Origin: Methanobacteriota archaeon
GTDB taxonomy: Archaea > Halobacteriota > Bog-38 > Methanoflorentales > Methanoflorentaceae
Length of the DNA: 64,000 nt
Reading direction: 5' to 3'
Assembly: GCA_963720465.1 (NCBI GenBank)
Contig: OY970393.1
Span: 96,001-160,000 of the forward strand
Shown: one piece after another, positions 60,122 through 64,000 of the stretch
Layout: every line of letters begins with the position of its first letter
How positions within the stretch are numbered: position 1 is the first letter of the stretch
Position numbers and translations under genes: made by a program
Notes under the pieces: generated by a model
The model's database searches: none
What the model saw: only the letters and a program-made list of their open reading frames with translations
Told to the model about the DNA's origin: nothing

Positions 60122-61285
60122 TCACCTCGCTAGGATATGCACAACGACGGTGCCACCCGTTCCGCCGACGTTGTGGGTCAAGCCGACTTCAGCCCCCTCA
60201 ACCTGCCTCTTTCCTGCATCGCCTCTCAACTGCTCGGCAATCTCCACTGCTTGCTTTATTCCCGTTGCCCCTACCGGATGCCCGCAAGCCTTCAGCCCTC
60301 CGCTTGTGTTTATCGGTATTTTGCCACCGATTGCGGTATCGCCGGCAAGCGTTGCGGGACCTCCTCGGCCTTTTTCAAAAAACCGGAGATCTTCAATCGC
60401 CATTATCTCAGCGATTGTAAAGCAGTCATGCACCTCAGCCACATCGATGTTTGACCGTTCTAGCCTCGCGGTCTTGAAGGCCCGATCTGCGGCAACTGTG
60501 GTCGCGTCGATGCTCGTTAGGCTCCGACGATCGTGCAAAGAGATCGTATCGCTGGCTTGGCTAGCGGCTTTGACGTAGATCGGAGTATCTGTGAATTCTC
60601 GCGCTCTTTCGGCAGGAACCAAAACAACTGCAGCCGCTCCGTCTGTAATTGGACTGCAGTCAAAAAGTCGAAGAGGATCTGCGACGAGGGGTGAGCTGAT
60701 AACCGATTCAATTGTGATTTTATTCCGGAACTGTGCCCTGGGATTCATTGAACCGTGGTAATGATTCTTAACGGCTACCTGGGCGAGCTGCTCTCGCGTG
60801 GTACCAAATTCGTGCATATGTGCCCGCGCCATCATGGCGTAGAGTCCCGGAAACGTGGCGCCAACTGCAGCCTCCCATTCCCGGTCAGCAGCAGCAGCGA
60901 GCGCGTCCATCGCCTTCTCTGCGCCAATGTCCGTCATCTTTTCTATGCCTGCAGAGATAACAATGTCATGGTACTCAGAAGCTACTGCAATGATGCCACT
61001 TCGCAGCGCGAGACCACCTGAGGCGCACGCGGCTTCCACTCGGGTGCTTGGCACGTTGTTGGAAATGAGGCCGGAGTAATCGGCGATAAGCGCGCCGACG
61101 TGCTCTTGCTGGATGAATATTCCTGAGCTCATGTTGCCTCCGTAAAGCGCCTCTACCTGTGCACCGCTCATGCCGGCATCCTCAAGAGCCATCAAGCCCG
61201 CTTCGATGAAAAGGTCGCGGAAACTTTTGTCCCACATCTCGCCGAATTTTGTGCATCCTATGCCAACGATAGCTACTTCTCTCAT
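60122..61285 (-). CDS. Acetoacetyl-CoA thiolase (archaeal)
   Basis: [25 protein letters not shown] and GHPVGATG motifs. Confidence 0.95.
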   Translation of the reverse strand: MREVAIVGIGCTKFGEMWDKSFRDLFIEAGLMALEDAGMSGAQVEALYGGNMSSGIFIQQEHVGALIADYSGLISNNVPSTRVEAACASGGLALRSGIIAVASEYHDIVISAGIEKMTDIGAEKAMDALAAAADREWEAAVGATFPGLYAMMARAHMHEFGTTREQLAQVAVKNHYHGSMNPRAQFRNKITIESVISSPLVADPLRLFDCSPITDGAAAVVLVPAERAREFTDTPIYVKAASQASDTISLHDRRSLTSIDATTVAADRAFKTARLERSNIDVAEVHDCFTIAEIMAIEDLRFFEKGRGGPATLAGDTAIGGKIPINTSGGLKACGHPVGATGIKQAVEIAEQLRGDAGKRQVEGAEVGLTHNVGGTGGTVVVHILAR

Positions 61286-61318
61286 TGTGAATCGCCGTAT
61301 TGCGGTGTTGGATCCTCG

Positions 61319-62359
61319 TTAGAGTACGATCTTGTTTTTATGCTTAGCGTAAATTGCATAATCTAGATAAATCGGTGCAGCAAGCAGTTCTGCAACGCTT
61401 GGGGCATGATCTTGTATCTTGCAGATCTCTTCTGTCACGCGAAACGTGAACGAATCGCTACCTGCCCCTGACCCAAAGGAGGTCATGAAGATGCGACTGC
61501 CAGGCTCCGCAACATCCAGCACAGATGCCAGTCCTATAAGCGATGACCCGGAGTAGGCATTCCCCAGTTTTTCGACCACAAGGCCTTGTTTTACTTGTTG
61601 CTGTGAAAAACCAAGTGTGGAAGCAACTTTGCGAGGAAATTTGCCATTTGGTTGATGAAAGACAGCGAAGTCGAAGTCCTCAGGCCTGCTGTGCGTCTTA
61701 TGAAGCAATCCTCGCGCCCCTGCCAAAACGTGTTTGAAATAGCCTGGCTCTCCTGTGAACCTTCCGCCGTGTTTCGGGTATTGCTGGCCTTCCCGCCTCC
61801 AAAAGTCGAAGGTATCAGTGGTGAACGAATATGTGTCTTCAATTTCAGCAATCACACGGCTTTTTCCAACGACGTAAGCCGCGCCGCCTGCTGCCGCTGT
61901 ATATTCTAAAGCATCTGCGGGAGCTCCCTGTGCTGTATCGGCGCCTATCGCCATGCCATACTTGATATAGTCAGCAGCGACCAATCCTAGGCACGTCTGC
62001 AAAGCAGCGGTCCCCGCTTTGCACGCAAACTCATAGTCAGCAGCCATTAGCTCCGGCGTTGCCCTGACCGCTTCAGCAACGATCGTCGCCGTCGGCTTGA
62101 CCGTATAAGGATGAGATTCACTGCCGACGTATATAGCTCCAATTTCGGCTCCCGCTAAGCCAGATCGCTGAAGCGCGGAGCGAGCAGCTTCGACTGCGAT
62201 GGTAGCCGTGTCTTCATCTCGGTCTGGGACTGATTTTTCAAAAACGCGCAGGCCTTTTTTAATGTCGTTGGGGTCATCTCCCCACACTCGCGCAATCTCT
62301 TCGACTCTGATCCGGTATCGGGGTATGTACACGCCGTACGTTGTAATCCCAATAGACAC
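61319..62359 (-). CDS. hmgB: Hydroxymethylglutaryl-CoA synthase
   Basis: [24 protein letters not shown] and SFGSGAGSD motifs. Confidence 0.96.
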   Translation of the reverse strand: MSIGITTYGVYIPRYRIRVEEIARVWGDDPNDIKKGLRVFEKSVPDRDEDTATIAVEAARSALQRSGLAGAEIGAIYVGSESHPYTVKPTATIVAEAVRATPELMAADYEFACKAGTAALQTCLGLVAADYIKYGMAIGADTAQGAPADALEYTAAAGGAAYVVGKSRVIAEIEDTYSFTTDTFDFWRREGQQYPKHGGRFTGEPGYFKHVLAGARGLLHKTHSRPEDFDFAVFHQPNGKFPRKVASTLGFSQQQVKQGLVVEKLGNAYSGSSLIGLASVLDVAEPGSRIFMTSFGSGAGSDSFTFRVTEEICKIQDHAPSVAELLAAPIYLDYAIYAKHKNKIVL

Positions 62360-62564
62360 GTTACTTGCTCCTAAACAGATGGTCCTTAATCCAGTGAATT
62401 AGCAAAATATGCTGCGCACGGAATGCTTAATCTAAATCGCAAGCACCTTCTAACAGACATAAAAAGTCGTCAGCATTCTCTAAACTCATGTTACACTGTT
62501 ATGTATTGCGCGCGCTATTTATTAGCTTTTGTAAAGGTTACTAAGTTGCGCAGGGTTTAACTAG

Positions 62565-62638
62565 TGGGGCCACCGAGATTTGAACTCGGGTCTGAGGACC
62601 CCCAGTCCCCAAGGATATCCAGGCTACCCTATGGCCCC
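62565..62638 (-). tRNA. tRNA-Pro(GGG)
   Basis: GGGGCCA/TGGCCCC acceptor; GGGGA-CTGGGGG-TCCTC anticodon arm; GTTCAAATC T-loop; CCA not encoded. Confidence 0.95.
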
Positions 62639-62824
62639 TTCATATTGAACATGCTCTAACCCTATATTACTTCTATTCAATGCGACTTGTTATTGCTTAG
62701 CTTTCTGTAACTGCAACGGCTCTGCTTTTCACAAAGATCTCTGATTTGTCAAGCTCTGTCAATCTTGGGCTCGGTGTCAATAGACATTCGAGGCGCAAAA
62801 AAGCAAACTCGCAGAATCCATATG

Positions 62825-64000
62825 CTACTGTAGCTTGATACTTTGCACTGGCGTGCTGAGCAAAAATTCACCTTGCTCGATCTTCTTTTTGAGCTCGCGC
62901 GTCAGTTTGTCTGCATTTGATCGATCTGATTGCCTTAGCGTGACTGGAATTTGTAGCCCATTTAGATCAATAGCACCCAGATCACCTTTTAGAGCGCCAT
63001 ACGGGCAAGATGATAAGCAAGCGCCGCACTGTATGCATTCTTTGCGATCAATTCCTTTGTTCGGTGTGAATGCCGCGGTTGGACAATTCTCAGCGACTTG
63101 ACATTCTTTGCAACTCACGCACTCGTTTTTTGAGAACCTTATCCGGCCATATTCGCGCTGCCAGACGTCACTGTATCGTGCATAACCAAGTGAAGTGCGC
63201 CCATTCACATCAACAATTGGCAGGGGGATCTGATCATCTGTCCGGCTTACGTTCTCAAGTATAAACGTATTAAGAATCGGAATTGGGATCGCCCACGAAC
63301 AGAACACGTCAGGCCCTACGGACGTGTTAAAGCCACCCACATATCTTGGGTTCATGCCCTCCAGAGGTGCATATCCTGAAAGGTTCGGTTTCTGGGGGGT
63401 GCTTCGGGTTCCCGTCCCTGTTACGAACCCAACGGCACCGTTAAACAGGGCTTTTGTGCCAACTCCGATAGTTTCGAGCTGAGGGTCTTTCTCCAAAGGA
63501 TTCAGCTCTCCACATCCAGAGAAGCTAGCTTCCTTATACGGTCCTTCGAGACACGTAACAGAAAAAATGGACTTGACGCAAGTGTCGTTAGGGTTAACAA
63601 ACGCATTGTAGTTCTTAAATACGTTGCGAGTAGCTGAGAGCCTCGCAAATTGCATGTCTTCAAGGCTAGTCTGCCCTTGTATATGGAGCCCCGTACTTGT
63701 TAATACGTCAAAGTCGATATCGTTCCCGCTTACAATATCGCGAAAAAGATGGCCGCCGCCATATTTGGTGTCGCTCCGGCTAACCGCCGTACCATAAACC
63801 ATCAAATCAAGCAATCCAAGCCTTTCGTTAGGACACGGTCCAACGAAAGCGGGGACATCATTGAGCCACGCCATTTGGGCCGTCTCAAAAACATTTGGAG
63901 CCGTGGCGCGAAAGGATAGAGTGGCGTATGTTCCGCTCATGATGCCCTTTGTGCCGCAGGTAACAACGTCTACTTCACTGACGTCTTCGTGAGCCCGTAC
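62825..64000 (-). CDS. Methanogenesis marker 16 metalloprotein (DUF39-related, C-terminal ferredoxin); 5' end outside window
   Basis: Frame open to 64000: VDVVTCGTKGIMSGT, GPCPNERLG, YGGGHLF, SGCGELNP and QSDR motifs plus two ferredoxin-type Cys motifs. Confidence 0.85.
   Translation of the reverse strand, partial: VRAHEDVSEVDVVTCGTKGIMSGTYATLSFRATAPNVFETAQMAWLNDVPAFVGPCPNERLGLLDLMVYGTAVSRSDTKYGGGHLFRDIVSGNDIDFDVLTSTGLHIQGQTSLEDMQFARLSATRNVFKNYNAFVNPNDTCVKSIFSVTCLEGPYKEASFSGCGELNPLEKDPQLETIGVGTKALFNGAVGFVTGTGTRSTPQKPNLSGYAPLEGMNPRYVGGFNTSVGPDVFCSWAIPIPILNTFILENVSRTDDQIPLPIVDVNGRTSLGYARYSDVWQREYGRIRFSKNECVSCKECQVAENCPTAAFTPNKGIDRKECIQCGACLSSCPYGALKGDLGAIDLNGLQIPVTLRQSDRSNADKLTRELKKKIEQGEFLLSTPVQSIKLQ

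Noticed and set aside
58344-62359. hmgA next to the HMGCS-thiolase-DUF35 cluster as a novelty
   Set aside because: This is the well-described archaeal upper mevalonate module.
1283-63264. Numerous 60-240 aa ORFs antisense to or nested in identified genes
   Set aside because: These are shadow ORFs of well-supported genes, with no independent motifs.

Overview
Core-genome window of a hydrogenotrophic methanogenic archaeon. Gene content suggests Halobacteriota/Methanomicrobia such as Methanocellales or Ca. Methanoflorentales (inference only). The main energy locus is mvhGA transcribed divergently from fwdG-fwdF-hdrCBA-mvhD-fwdA. The window also carries mer, methanogenesis markers 2, 12 and 16, argG, carAB, truA, rfcL, an anaerobic cobalamin operon (cbiTLFGHCDE), an Lhr helicase, pdxS, alaS, thrC, porCD-A-B, the upper mevalonate genes and two tRNAs (intron-containing Thr-GGT and Pro-GGG). 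I found no CRISPR array, integrase or transposase. The observations least explained by the ORF track are: a triply frameshifted Doc toxin with an antitoxin remnant behind argG; a GC-rich nested three-way-junction candidate RNA between the mvh and fwd/hdr promoters; a probable AUA start for cbiG; a small accessory island with a ClpP-like protease and a membrane-anchored AbiTii-like protein; a Methanopyrus-like Mer; and helical insertions in RfcL and AlaRS. Single-base frameshifts in rfcL and fwdF are probably assembly errors. All family calls come from motif recognition by eye; no searches were run.
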